Assembly: GCA_964643965.1 (NCBI GenBank)
Contig: CAZXVH010000001.1
Location: 54,980 to 118,979, forward strand
DNA from: an uncultured Ardenticatenaceae bacterium
GTDB taxonomy: Bacteria; Chloroflexota; Anaerolineae; Promineifilales; Promineifilaceae
Direction: 5' to 3'
DNA length: 64,000 nucleotides
How positions within the stretch are numbered: position 1 is the first letter of the stretch; every line of letters starts with the position of its first letter. Position numbers and translations under genes: made by a program. The notes below the pieces were generated by a model. The model was not told where the DNA came from and did not search any database. It saw nothing but the letters and a program-made list of their open reading frames with translations. Positions 48,289-56,521 of the stretch are shown piece after piece.

Positions 48289-50514
48289 TTACTCCGCGTG
48301 GATACGGGGTCCCGGCTGCGCCAACAAGCGCACAATCGGGCGTAAATCCATCCACCACTGTTCTTTGGGACGGCCGTATTTACTATCTACCATGCGCGGC
48401 AAATCTTCCATGGGGGTCAGCTTGAATTCGCCGCCCGCCAAACCAATAAACGAACTATCCCGCTGATTTTGCCCGATGTGTTCTTCCAGAAAATCGATGC
48501 AATCAGAGGCTAACCGTGTGGCCAGAATGCGGTCATAAGGAGTGGGATTGCCCCCTTGCTGCAAGTGACCCAGAATCGCCTGGCGTACATCAAACAGGTC
48601 GCCCCCTTCCTCTTCAAAAAGCGCCCGCATGAAGTCAGTGGTGTAAACCTCATTCGCGTGTTCGTTACGAATCATCAAACCCACGCGCTTGCCCTGTTCA
48701 AAACCCGCTACCAGCGTGTTGACATCTTGCACCATGTCCCGCAGCGTTACCCCTTCTTCGTGCAAGTAGACGCGCTCCGCGCCCGTGGCCAGCGCCGACG
48801 TGAGCGCCAGATAACCGCAGTAGTGGCCCATCACTTCTACCACAAAGGTACGTCGTGAAGCCACCGCCGACTGCTTGATTTTGTCTACGGCATCAACGAT
48901 ATTGTTGAGCGCTGTATCCGCGCCGACGCTTAATTGAGAACCGGGCAGGTTGTTGTTGATGCTGGCCGGCAGGCACATCATGGGGATGTTGAAAGCCGGG
49001 AAATTTTCACGAAGGCAGTGCATTTCATACACTGCCTGATACCCGGTGAGGCCGCCGATGACCAAAATGCCTTCTATCTGATGCTCTTCCAGGTTGCGGG
49101 CAATGGCGTACCATTCGCCTCCTTCCGGCACGGTGCGGTTGGTGCCAAATTCGGAGCCGCCCATGGGGGCCAGGCCAGCCACGTCCATCCAGGAAAGCTC
49201 TTTGATTTCACCGCGAATCATGCCGCGAAAGCCGCGGCTGACGCCCAACATGATATGCCCTTTATCCATACCCAGGCGGACGGCGGCGCGAACGGCCGTG
49301 TTCATGCCTGGCGCCGGACCGCCGGCGTTTAAGACGGCGATGCGCATACGTCTTTGCCCCGGTTTGGGTTCATGGGGCAGGGCGCGTACCAGGGTGCGCA
49401 GGGTGCGGAATGATTTGCGAAAGCTGCGTCCACGTAAATCCATCGCTTTTTCAAAGTCACCGGTTTTCACGGCCGTGCTTACCGCCTCGGTTGCTTCCAG
49501 GCAGAGGGACAGGGGGGTGCGCGTGATTTTATTGCCTTGAATGCCCATCACAAAAGGCTCGGCGCCGGGTGTGTCGTTGAGCAGTTCTTCCACGGCGCGG
49601 ACGCCAAGCTGGGTCGCCAGATTGCGGTCAAAGGCGCTGGGTGAGCCGCCGCGCTGCACATGGCCCAAGACGGTGATGCGCGTATCCTCCCCCAGGCGTT
49701 CTTCCAGCGTCTGGCGCACATGTTCACTGGTGATGGGCTTGCCATGCCGGTCTTGTGCCCCTTCAGCTACGATGACGATACTGTCGCGCCGGCCGATTTC
49801 CCGGCCATGTGACAATACTTCACACATTTTGTCTTCCCAATTGTCGAGGTTGGGGGGGGATTCAGGGATCAGCACCCAGTCCGCGCCGGTGGCCAGGCTG
49901 GACATGAGGGCCAAATAGCCGCAGCGCCGTCCCATCACTTCGATGACGAAACTACGTTGATGGCTGGCGGCCGTGCTGGTGATGGCGTCTACCGCTTCCA
50001 CGATGCGGTGCAAGGCGGTGTCGGCGCCGGTGGTCATATCCGTGCCGTACATGTCGTTGTCGATGGAGCCGATGATGCCGGCGATGGCGATGTGGGCATG
50101 TTGGTTGGCGGCTTTTTTGGTGATGACGCCTGTTTCAACCAGTTCTGCCAACAGTCCCGGCCATTCTTGATAGAGCACATAAGCGCCAGTCTGGCTGCCA
50201 TCGCCGCCAATGCAGACCAGGCTGTCGATGTCAGCTTTAATGAGATTAGCCACGGCTTTGAGACGGCCGGCCCGTTCCTTAAATTCCTGGCTGCGGGCGG
50301 AGCCAATGATAGTGCCGCCTTGTTGCAATATGCCACCTACGTCGTTCCAGCCCAAGGGCCGGATGAAAGCGGCGCCATCGACCATACCCTGGAAGCCTTC
50401 GTAGATGCCCATCACTTCTGTGCCATAATCTAGTGCGGTACGCACCACGGCCCGCACTGCGGCGTTCATACCCTGGGCGTCGCCACCGCTTGTGAATACG
50501 CCTATTCGTTTCAT
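48289..50514 (-). CDS. Double-domain (tandem-fused, eukaryote-like) ATP-type 6-phosphofructokinase
   Basis: N-half: GVFTSGGDAQGMN, CIGGDGS, IGSIDNDM, VMGRRCGYLA. C-half: VLNAGGPAPGMN, but degenerate IGGLTG, PASINNN, VMGHYCGYLA. 741 aa. Confidence 0.85.
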   Translation of the reverse strand: MKRIGVFTSGGDAQGMNAAVRAVVRTALDYGTEVMGIYEGFQGMVDGAAFIRPLGWNDVGGILQQGGTIIGSARSQEFKERAGRLKAVANLIKADIDSLVCIGGDGSQTGAYVLYQEWPGLLAELVETGVITKKAANQHAHIAIAGIIGSIDNDMYGTDMTTGADTALHRIVEAVDAITSTAASHQRSFVIEVMGRRCGYLALMSSLATGADWVLIPESPPNLDNWEDKMCEVLSHGREIGRRDSIVIVAEGAQDRHGKPITSEHVRQTLEERLGEDTRITVLGHVQRGGSPSAFDRNLATQLGVRAVEELLNDTPGAEPFVMGIQGNKITRTPLSLCLEATEAVSTAVKTGDFEKAMDLRGRSFRKSFRTLRTLVRALPHEPKPGQRRMRIAVLNAGGPAPGMNTAVRAAVRLGMDKGHIMLGVSRGFRGMIRGEIKELSWMDVAGLAPMGGSEFGTNRTVPEGGEWYAIARNLEEHQIEGILVIGGLTGYQAVYEMHCLRENFPAFNIPMMCLPASINNNLPGSQLSVGADTALNNIVDAVDKIKQSAVASRRTFVVEVMGHYCGYLALTSALATGAERVYLHEEGVTLRDMVQDVNTLVAGFEQGKRVGLMIRNEHANEVYTTDFMRALFEEEGGDLFDVRQAILGHLQQGGNPTPYDRILATRLASDCIDFLEEHIGQNQRDSSFIGLAGGEFKLTPMEDLPRMVDSKYGRPKEQWWMDLRPIVRLLAQPGPRIHAE

Positions 50515-50716
50515 ATCTGTTTCCTTTATTTTTAAGCGCAGACCGGTTTTGGGAACTGGTTGGTTTCCGGCTCACTCGAATTTTCAACGTTAAAATTCCT
50601 GAAATCAGGTTTTCGCCAGTGGGAGAAATTTTTGAGTGGGGAGTTACTGAGACCATACTCAGCGGCTCACCCCCAATAGTACAATTTTCGGGCTGTTTCG
50701 CAACTTTTCGAGGGGT

Positions 50717-50757
50717 GAGCGCGAGCGGGGAGATTTATTCGCTTCCCGCTCGCGCTC
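50717..50757. repeat. GC-rich hairpin (GAGCGCGAGCGGG / CCCGCTCGCGCTC) just downstream of the 50761 gene stop
   Basis: 13-bp stem with 15-nt loop, read directly. Confidence 0.75.
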
Positions 50758-50760
50758 GCG

Positions 50761-52530
50761 CTATCCTCTCGTTTTTGGGGGAGACCAGATGTCGAACAAA
50801 GCTGTGGTGGAGCCGGAGATGAGGCGGGTGGCGGGGCCGGCGACGGTTTGCCAGCGGAAGTCCCAGTTGTCCGCAGAGCCGAGGGCGATGATGAAGGTTT
50901 TGTCGTTGAGCCATTGGGCGGCAACGGCCGTTTTGCCTTCTGCCATATCGATAAGCAACGGCTCTTCACCGGCCTGGCCTATTGCATAAGTTCCTGGCCC
51001 AGTATAAACGAATTGTTTTCCCGCCGGATTCCAGCCAAAAAAGAGGTCGGCGGCATCGCCATAAGGCGTCATGTTTTGTCCATCTCCGGCGCCGATGACA
51101 AGCGCCGATTCTCGCCCTGTCAGTTGGCGTATATAGCCTGCCTGTTCTCCTGAATCTGACCAGATAACGGGCGAAAAGATGATGTTGCCGGGTAAAGTGA
51201 TTAACGATTCTGCTTTGCCGGTGGCGGGAATCCGCCATAAATTGGCTTCTGGCTTTGTATATGGCTCTGGTGAAGAGAGCGCCGCCTGGGCAAAAGCGCC
51301 GCCATCCAGCCATTGCAACCAGGGATAGAAGGCGAATTCGCTGGCGGTGTTGACGGCCGGGAAGCGGATGACGGTTTCGGCTTGGCTGCCGTCTAAATTG
51401 GCGCGGAGTACGGCCGTTTTCTGCCCCAGCAGCGCTACATTATCCGCTGAAATGGCAAATGAACCGCCGCCTTCACCGGCGGGGAACCGTTCTGTCAAGA
51501 CGCCGTCCAGCGTTACCGTCCATAAATCTTCCTGACTGCTGAGTCCTGGCCCACCGGCCCGGTCAATGATAGTGGTGTTAAAGGCCAGCGTTTTGCTGTC
51601 AGCCAACCATTGCAGCTGCCCAATCAGCGCCGCCAGATCGTCCGCGGGCGACATTTCCGCCAGGTCAGCGGCGTCAACCAACGTCTCGTTCTGGCCACTC
51701 TGCATATCGACGATGTGGAGCGCAGCGCTGACGTCTTGTTGGGTGATGTAGGCCACATAACGGCCGTTTGGCGAAATCAACACATTTCCTACCTCTTCAG
51801 CGTCAACCAGCCAGGTTGGTTCAGCGGTGCTGGTTTCCGCCAGCGGCAGCAGCCATAAAGCGCCTTTGTCGGCGTAAACCATTTTGGCGTTGGCGAGAGG
51901 GAGGCTGTTGGTAAGCGCTTCTTCACTGGCAGATGTATCTGTGGCGGCGGCCTCGCTGCTGGTGGCAGAGGTATTGGCGTCAGAAACGGCCGTTGCCTTA
52001 CTCGTTGGCTCAGGGGTGGGAGCAGCGGTAGGGGTGGGCGGCGCATCCAGAGAACTGACGTTTTCCATGTTGCTGACGCTGGTATACTCTGGCCCGCCGG
52101 ACACCCAGCAGGTATTGCCTTCCACTCGTTCCGGACAGACGATTTTCCACCAGCCGCTCTGTGCATGACGCCCCAGGACAACGGCCGTTTCCCCTTTGAG
52201 TAAGAAGCTGTCCCGCGTGTATTGCACTCCCGGTCCCAGGCGAATATTGACATCTACCAATGCCCGCAGCGTGGCGCTGCCAGCAACTGGTTCGATAACG
52301 GCCGTTGGCGGCGTGGTGGGCATATTCCCGGGCAGGGTGACAGTGGGGGCGATATGTTGGATAACGGCCGTGGGCAAACCGCTTAAATCGCCATCGCCCC
52401 CGGTTTCCTCGCCCGGCAAACCGGGCCGCGGCAGCGTTGGCGCCAATGGCTGCCCGGCAAAAGCATTACAAGCCAACGAAACCAAAACCAATAACCCCAC
52501 AAAAAGCCACAAATAACGGTGTCGTTTCAT
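50761..52530 (-). CDS. Secreted protein with SH3b-like domain and beta-propeller-like C-terminal region
   Basis: Signal peptide MKRHRYLWLFVGLLVLVSLACNAFAG; SH3b-like VNIRLGPGVQYTR..GWWKI; low-complexity linker; repetitive propeller-like remainder. Confidence 0.6.
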   Translation of the reverse strand: MKRHRYLWLFVGLLVLVSLACNAFAGQPLAPTLPRPGLPGEETGGDGDLSGLPTAVIQHIAPTVTLPGNMPTTPPTAVIEPVAGSATLRALVDVNIRLGPGVQYTRDSFLLKGETAVVLGRHAQSGWWKIVCPERVEGNTCWVSGGPEYTSVSNMENVSSLDAPPTPTAAPTPEPTSKATAVSDANTSATSSEAAATDTSASEEALTNSLPLANAKMVYADKGALWLLPLAETSTAEPTWLVDAEEVGNVLISPNGRYVAYITQQDVSAALHIVDMQSGQNETLVDAADLAEMSPADDLAALIGQLQWLADSKTLAFNTTIIDRAGGPGLSSQEDLWTVTLDGVLTERFPAGEGGGSFAISADNVALLGQKTAVLRANLDGSQAETVIRFPAVNTASEFAFYPWLQWLDGGAFAQAALSSPEPYTKPEANLWRIPATGKAESLITLPGNIIFSPVIWSDSGEQAGYIRQLTGRESALVIGAGDGQNMTPYGDAADLFFGWNPAGKQFVYTGPGTYAIGQAGEEPLLIDMAEGKTAVAAQWLNDKTFIIALGSADNWDFRWQTVAGPATRLISGSTTALFDIWSPPKTRG

Positions 52531-52730
52531 AATTTCAATCCAGCGATAAGACCTCCGAGGGTTTTAAAATCTCGGCAGCCTGACAAGTAAAATGCAAAAT
52601 CTTTAAGAACAGTTTAAAATAGGGTACGCAATTATACAATCATTCACAAGCTCGTTGCTCATTGTCTGCCCTGCGTTCAGGCAACGAGCGACCCAAAAGT
52701 TCAACTTTTCTAAAAAAGCTGAACTTCTGC

Positions 52731-52768
52731 ACACACAACACACAACACACAACACACAACACACAATA
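52731..52768. repeat. Tandem CACAACA heptamers (about 5 units)
   Basis: Read directly, 14 nt upstream of the UbiD-like start. Confidence 0.9.
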
Positions 52769-52781
52769 CGGACAAAACGCC

Positions 52782-54092
52782 ATGCAATTTCGTGAATTCC
52801 TTGAACAAATCGCTGAGAGCGGCGATCTCATCACCATCAGCAAACCGGTTGACGCCACCTTTGAAGTGGCCAACGTGGCCCACGCCCTGGAAGGCCGCCT
52901 CGTCCTCTTCGACAATATCAAAGCGCATCCCGGTTGGCGCATCTGCGCCGGCCCCTGCTCTGACCGTCGTTACTTCGCCATGAGTCTTGGCGTTTCTATT
53001 GATGGATTGGTCCATCGCCTGGCTGACGCCCTGGAAAATCCGCAAACGCCCCCCGTCGTGGAAACCGCGCCTTGCCAGGAAGTGATCACCGAGGATGTGA
53101 ATCTCTATGATCTGCCTATTTTGCTCCATCTGCCCGCAGACGCCGGTCACTACATTGCCAGCAACGTGGTCATCATCCAGGACCCTGATTTGGGGCGCAA
53201 TATGTGTTATCATCGCCTGCTGCGACTCGACGAGAAGCGCTTTGCCGCCCGCATTGTGGAAAATCGGGGAACCCATATGGCCCTCAAAAAAACGGACGGC
53301 GATCTACCGGTGGCTATTTGCATCGGCGTCTCCCTGGCGACCCATTTGGCGGCTTCGATGTCGCCGCCGCCAGAGGTGGATGAACTGGCGGTGGCCCATG
53401 CCCTGGCCCCTACGCCGCTGGTCAAATGCTTCACCAACGATTTGCATGTCCCGGCCGACGCTGAAATTGTGTTGGAAGGGCGCATCACTCAGCAGAAACA
53501 CGCCGAAGGCCCCTTCATGGATCTGACGGAAACGATGGATATTGTGCGCGACCAGCACATCATCGAGATTGATTTGATCACGCACCGCCGAAATCCTATT
53601 TTCCACGCCTTGCTGCCCGGCGGTCTGGAGCATAAGCTGCTCATGGGCATGCCCCGTGAACCCACTATTTTCAAAGAAGTCAACAAGGTGGTGCGCTGCA
53701 CCGGTGCGGCCATTACGCCGGGCGGCGCTTCCTGGCTCCATGCGGTGGTGCAAATTGATAAGCAGGGGGCGGAAGACGGCCGTTTAGCTATCGAAGCGGC
53801 TTTCAAAGGGCATGGTTCCCTCAAACATGTGTGGGTGGTCGATACCGACATCGACATCTACGACCCGGCGCAGGTGGAATGGGCGCTGGCCACCCGCTTC
53901 CAGGCTGACAAGGATTTGATGGTATTTGAGAAGATGCCCGGCAGTTCGCTAGACCCTTCTGGCAGCCACGTTCCCGGTCAGAAAAGCCTCACCGCCAAGA
54001 TGGGCCTGGATTGTACTATTCCCTGGGGCGGGGCAGAGGCTCAATTTAAACGGGGTCAATACGGCGCTGTGGATTTGAGTGAATACCTGTAG
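52782..54092 (+). CDS. UbiD-family (prenyl-FMN dependent) decarboxylase, divergent
   Basis: Start moved to MQFREFLEQIAESGDLITISKPVD (typical UbiD N-terminus). 436 aa. EGPFMDLTETMD replaces the canonical EGPFGE.TGYY motif as I recall it. Confidence 0.75.
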   Translation: MQFREFLEQIAESGDLITISKPVDATFEVANVAHALEGRLVLFDNIKAHPGWRICAGPCSDRRYFAMSLGVSIDGLVHRLADALENPQTPPVVETAPCQEVITEDVNLYDLPILLHLPADAGHYIASNVVIIQDPDLGRNMCYHRLLRLDEKRFAARIVENRGTHMALKKTDGDLPVAICIGVSLATHLAASMSPPPEVDELAVAHALAPTPLVKCFTNDLHVPADAEIVLEGRITQQKHAEGPFMDLTETMDIVRDQHIIEIDLITHRRNPIFHALLPGGLEHKLLMGMPREPTIFKEVNKVVRCTGAAITPGGASWLHAVVQIDKQGAEDGRLAIEAAFKGHGSLKHVWVVDTDIDIYDPAQVEWALATRFQADKDLMVFEKMPGSSLDPSGSHVPGQKSLTAKMGLDCTIPWGGAEAQFKRGQYGAVDLSEYL

Positions 54093-54197
54093 TGGCGCGT
54101 AACAAAAACTTGCTACCCGCCAGCCACCACTTGCCACCTGTAATTTAAACATACCATCGTGGTAACGGCCGTTCCCCGTTAACGAGTGTGAGAAATT

Positions 54198-55820
54198 ATG
54201 AATCTACTCCCCCTGCTCCAGAACAGCGAACTTATCCAGCAAGAGTTGGCCTTTGTCCTCCTGTTAACCATTGCCGCTGGCGTGGCCCTCGTCATTCGTC
54301 GTATCCGTTTTCCATACACGGTGGCGCTGGTGCTGGTGGGCGCGGCCCTCTCCCTGGTGCCCAACTTCCTCCCCTTCGATGTGAGCAGCGATGTCATCCT
54401 GGCGATTTTAGTGCCGCCGCTGCTCTTTGAAGCTACGCTCCATATCAAATGGAAACATATGCGTAAAGACCTGGGCCTTATCGTGGCGCTGGCGGTGGGC
54501 GGCACCCTGGTGGGCACGATTATCGTGGGCGAAATTGTCACCTGGGTTTTAGATGTGCCTTTGTTGGCGGCGCTGGCCTTTGGCGCTCTTATCTCCGCCA
54601 CCGATCCGGTGGCCGTCATCGCCTTCTTCCGCAGTTTGGGCGTCAGCAAGCGGCTGTCTCTGCTGGTGGAGGGGGAAAGTTTGTTCAACGATGGCGCGGC
54701 CATCGTCATCTTTAATTTGATGGTGGCGTTGGCCATTGCCGGGCCGGACACGTTTAGTTTAAGCGGGGCCATCATCGAATTTCTGCGCGTTTCGTTGGGT
54801 GGCCTGACGATTGGGCTGGGGCTGGGCTACATCGTCTCCTACATTGTCCTCAAAAACCTGGACGACCATCTGATTGAAACGACCACGACAGTGGCCCTGG
54901 CGTTTGGCGCGTATGTGATCGCGGAAGAGTTTCATGTCAGCGGGATTTTAGCAGTGGTAGCGGCCGGCTTGATGGTGGGGAATATCGGCTTACAAAATAC
55001 TTCGCCCACCACCCGCCTGACGCTGGAGAATTTCTGGGAATTTTCCGCCTACGTGGTGAACTCCATGATCTTCCTGCTCATCGGCTTTGAACTGGAGATC
55101 GATCATCTGACGCCCTATTTGTTCCCCATTATTGTGGCGGTGGGCGCCATTTTGTTGAGCCGGGCCATTATCGTCTATGCCATGACCGGCATTCACAATG
55201 CCCTGACGCCGCATCCGCGAGATGTGCCGCAAGGTTACAAGCATGTTATGTTTTGGGGCGGGCTGCGCGGCGCTATTTCCCTGGCGTTGGCCCTGACCCT
55301 CACCGGTAAGGTATTTGGCGCGGCCATTGCCAACGAACTGCGCATCATGACCTTTGGCGTGGTTTTGTTTACCCTGGTGGTGCAGGGTACGACGATTGAA
55401 AAACTCATCAACCATTTGAAGCTGGCGGTCAAACCACAGCCGCGTGTGACCCAACAGCGCTTACAAGCCACTATTTATGCCAAACGCGCCGGTAAGCAGG
55501 AGTTGGATCGCCTGCACACGGACGATATTCTCTTCCCAGAAATTTGGCAGGCGATGAGCGATATTTATGAGGATGAAATTACTGAGGTTAAAAAAGCCTT
55601 GAATATGCATTTGCACACATATCCTGAACTGGAGCAGGAGGTTTTTTTGCAGGCACGGGAAGAAGTGCTAAAAGCGGAACGGGCGGCGTTTAGTAATGCG
55701 GCTCGGGAAGGTTTTTTATCAGACGAACTGCATCATGAACTGGTTAAAGTAGCGGATAATCATCTGGCGGCCCTGGAGATCATCAAGGAAAACCGGGGCC
55801 TGGATGAGGATGAGGATTAA
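54198..55820 (+). CDS. CPA1-family Na+/H+ antiporter (NhaP-type) with cytoplasmic C-terminal tail
   Basis: About 11 TM helices, ISATDPVAV and SLFNDGAAIV motifs. Confidence 0.85.
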   Translation: MNLLPLLQNSELIQQELAFVLLLTIAAGVALVIRRIRFPYTVALVLVGAALSLVPNFLPFDVSSDVILAILVPPLLFEATLHIKWKHMRKDLGLIVALAVGGTLVGTIIVGEIVTWVLDVPLLAALAFGALISATDPVAVIAFFRSLGVSKRLSLLVEGESLFNDGAAIVIFNLMVALAIAGPDTFSLSGAIIEFLRVSLGGLTIGLGLGYIVSYIVLKNLDDHLIETTTTVALAFGAYVIAEEFHVSGILAVVAAGLMVGNIGLQNTSPTTRLTLENFWEFSAYVVNSMIFLLIGFELEIDHLTPYLFPIIVAVGAILLSRAIIVYAMTGIHNALTPHPRDVPQGYKHVMFWGGLRGAISLALALTLTGKVFGAAIANELRIMTFGVVLFTLVVQGTTIEKLINHLKLAVKPQPRVTQQRLQATIYAKRAGKQELDRLHTDDILFPEIWQAMSDIYEDEITEVKKALNMHLHTYPELEQEVFLQAREEVLKAERAAFSNAAREGFLSDELHHELVKVADNHLAALEIIKENRGLDEDED

Positions 55821-55821
55821 G

Positions 55822-56256
55822 ATGGATTGTATTGTATGCGCCACACGGGGCGGAGAAGGCAGCCGGGCCGCACAAATGGCGGCGATTGAGCTGGCGCAGC
55901 AGTTTGGCCTGCCCCTGGTATTTTTGTATGTGACGGATCCGGGGAGTCTGGGTGAGGTGGATGAGCTGTTGCTAACGGCCGTTCGCCAGGAATTGAACTG
56001 GATGGGTAAAACATTGCTGCAAGTGGCTAAAGGGCGAGCGGAAGCGGCCAACTTGAAGGCTTCCGTGGAGATTCGGGTAGGCAATGTGCAGGAGGAGATC
56101 GAGCAGTTTTTGCGTGAAGTCCACGCTTCCGTTTTAATATTGGGCGCGCCGCGCGGGGTGACGGCCAATGTGTTTGGCGATGATGCGGTGGAACGTTTTG
56201 CCCAAACGATTCAGGCTGATACCGGTGTTGAAGTGATCGTGGTGCGTCCTGATTGA
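55822..56256 (+). CDS. Universal stress protein (USP)-like protein
   Basis: Start at MDCIVCATRGGEGS; USP-like alpha/beta pattern ...LVFLYVTD...VLILGAPRG...VEVIVV. Confidence 0.6.
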   Translation: MDCIVCATRGGEGSRAAQMAAIELAQQFGLPLVFLYVTDPGSLGEVDELLLTAVRQELNWMGKTLLQVAKGRAEAANLKASVEIRVGNVQEEIEQFLREVHASVLILGAPRGVTANVFGDDAVERFAQTIQADTGVEVIVVRPD

Positions 56257-56352
56257 GCCGCTTGAGGGATTGATTGGTGGGGCTGGAATCGATTGACCTG
56301 TGAAAGCGATTGGGAAAAGGCAAAAGGGATTTTGACAGAAGTAGAGAAGCGG

Positions 56353-56508
56353 GGCATGGTTCAAATATCCATGAAATCAGCCTGACATATTTTTGTGAAA
56401 TGATCTCTTTTTTGTGATGACAATGAATTTTAGAAGGGAGCGAATTCGTTATTTTCTAAAATTCGTTGTCATCCTTGTAAAAAGTGTAAAGCTAACTTGA
56501 ACCATGCC
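56353..56508. repeat. Nested inverted repeat (12-bp outer arms, 20-bp inner arms), AT-rich, directly upstream of the AcnX gene
   Basis: Outer GGCATGGTTCAA (56353-56364) / TTGAACCATGCC (56497-56508). Inner GATGACAATGAATTTTAGAA (56416-56435) / TTCTAAAATTCGTTGTCATC (56454-56473), 1 mismatch. Confidence 0.85.
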
Positions 56509-56521
56509 ATAAAGAGGAAAA

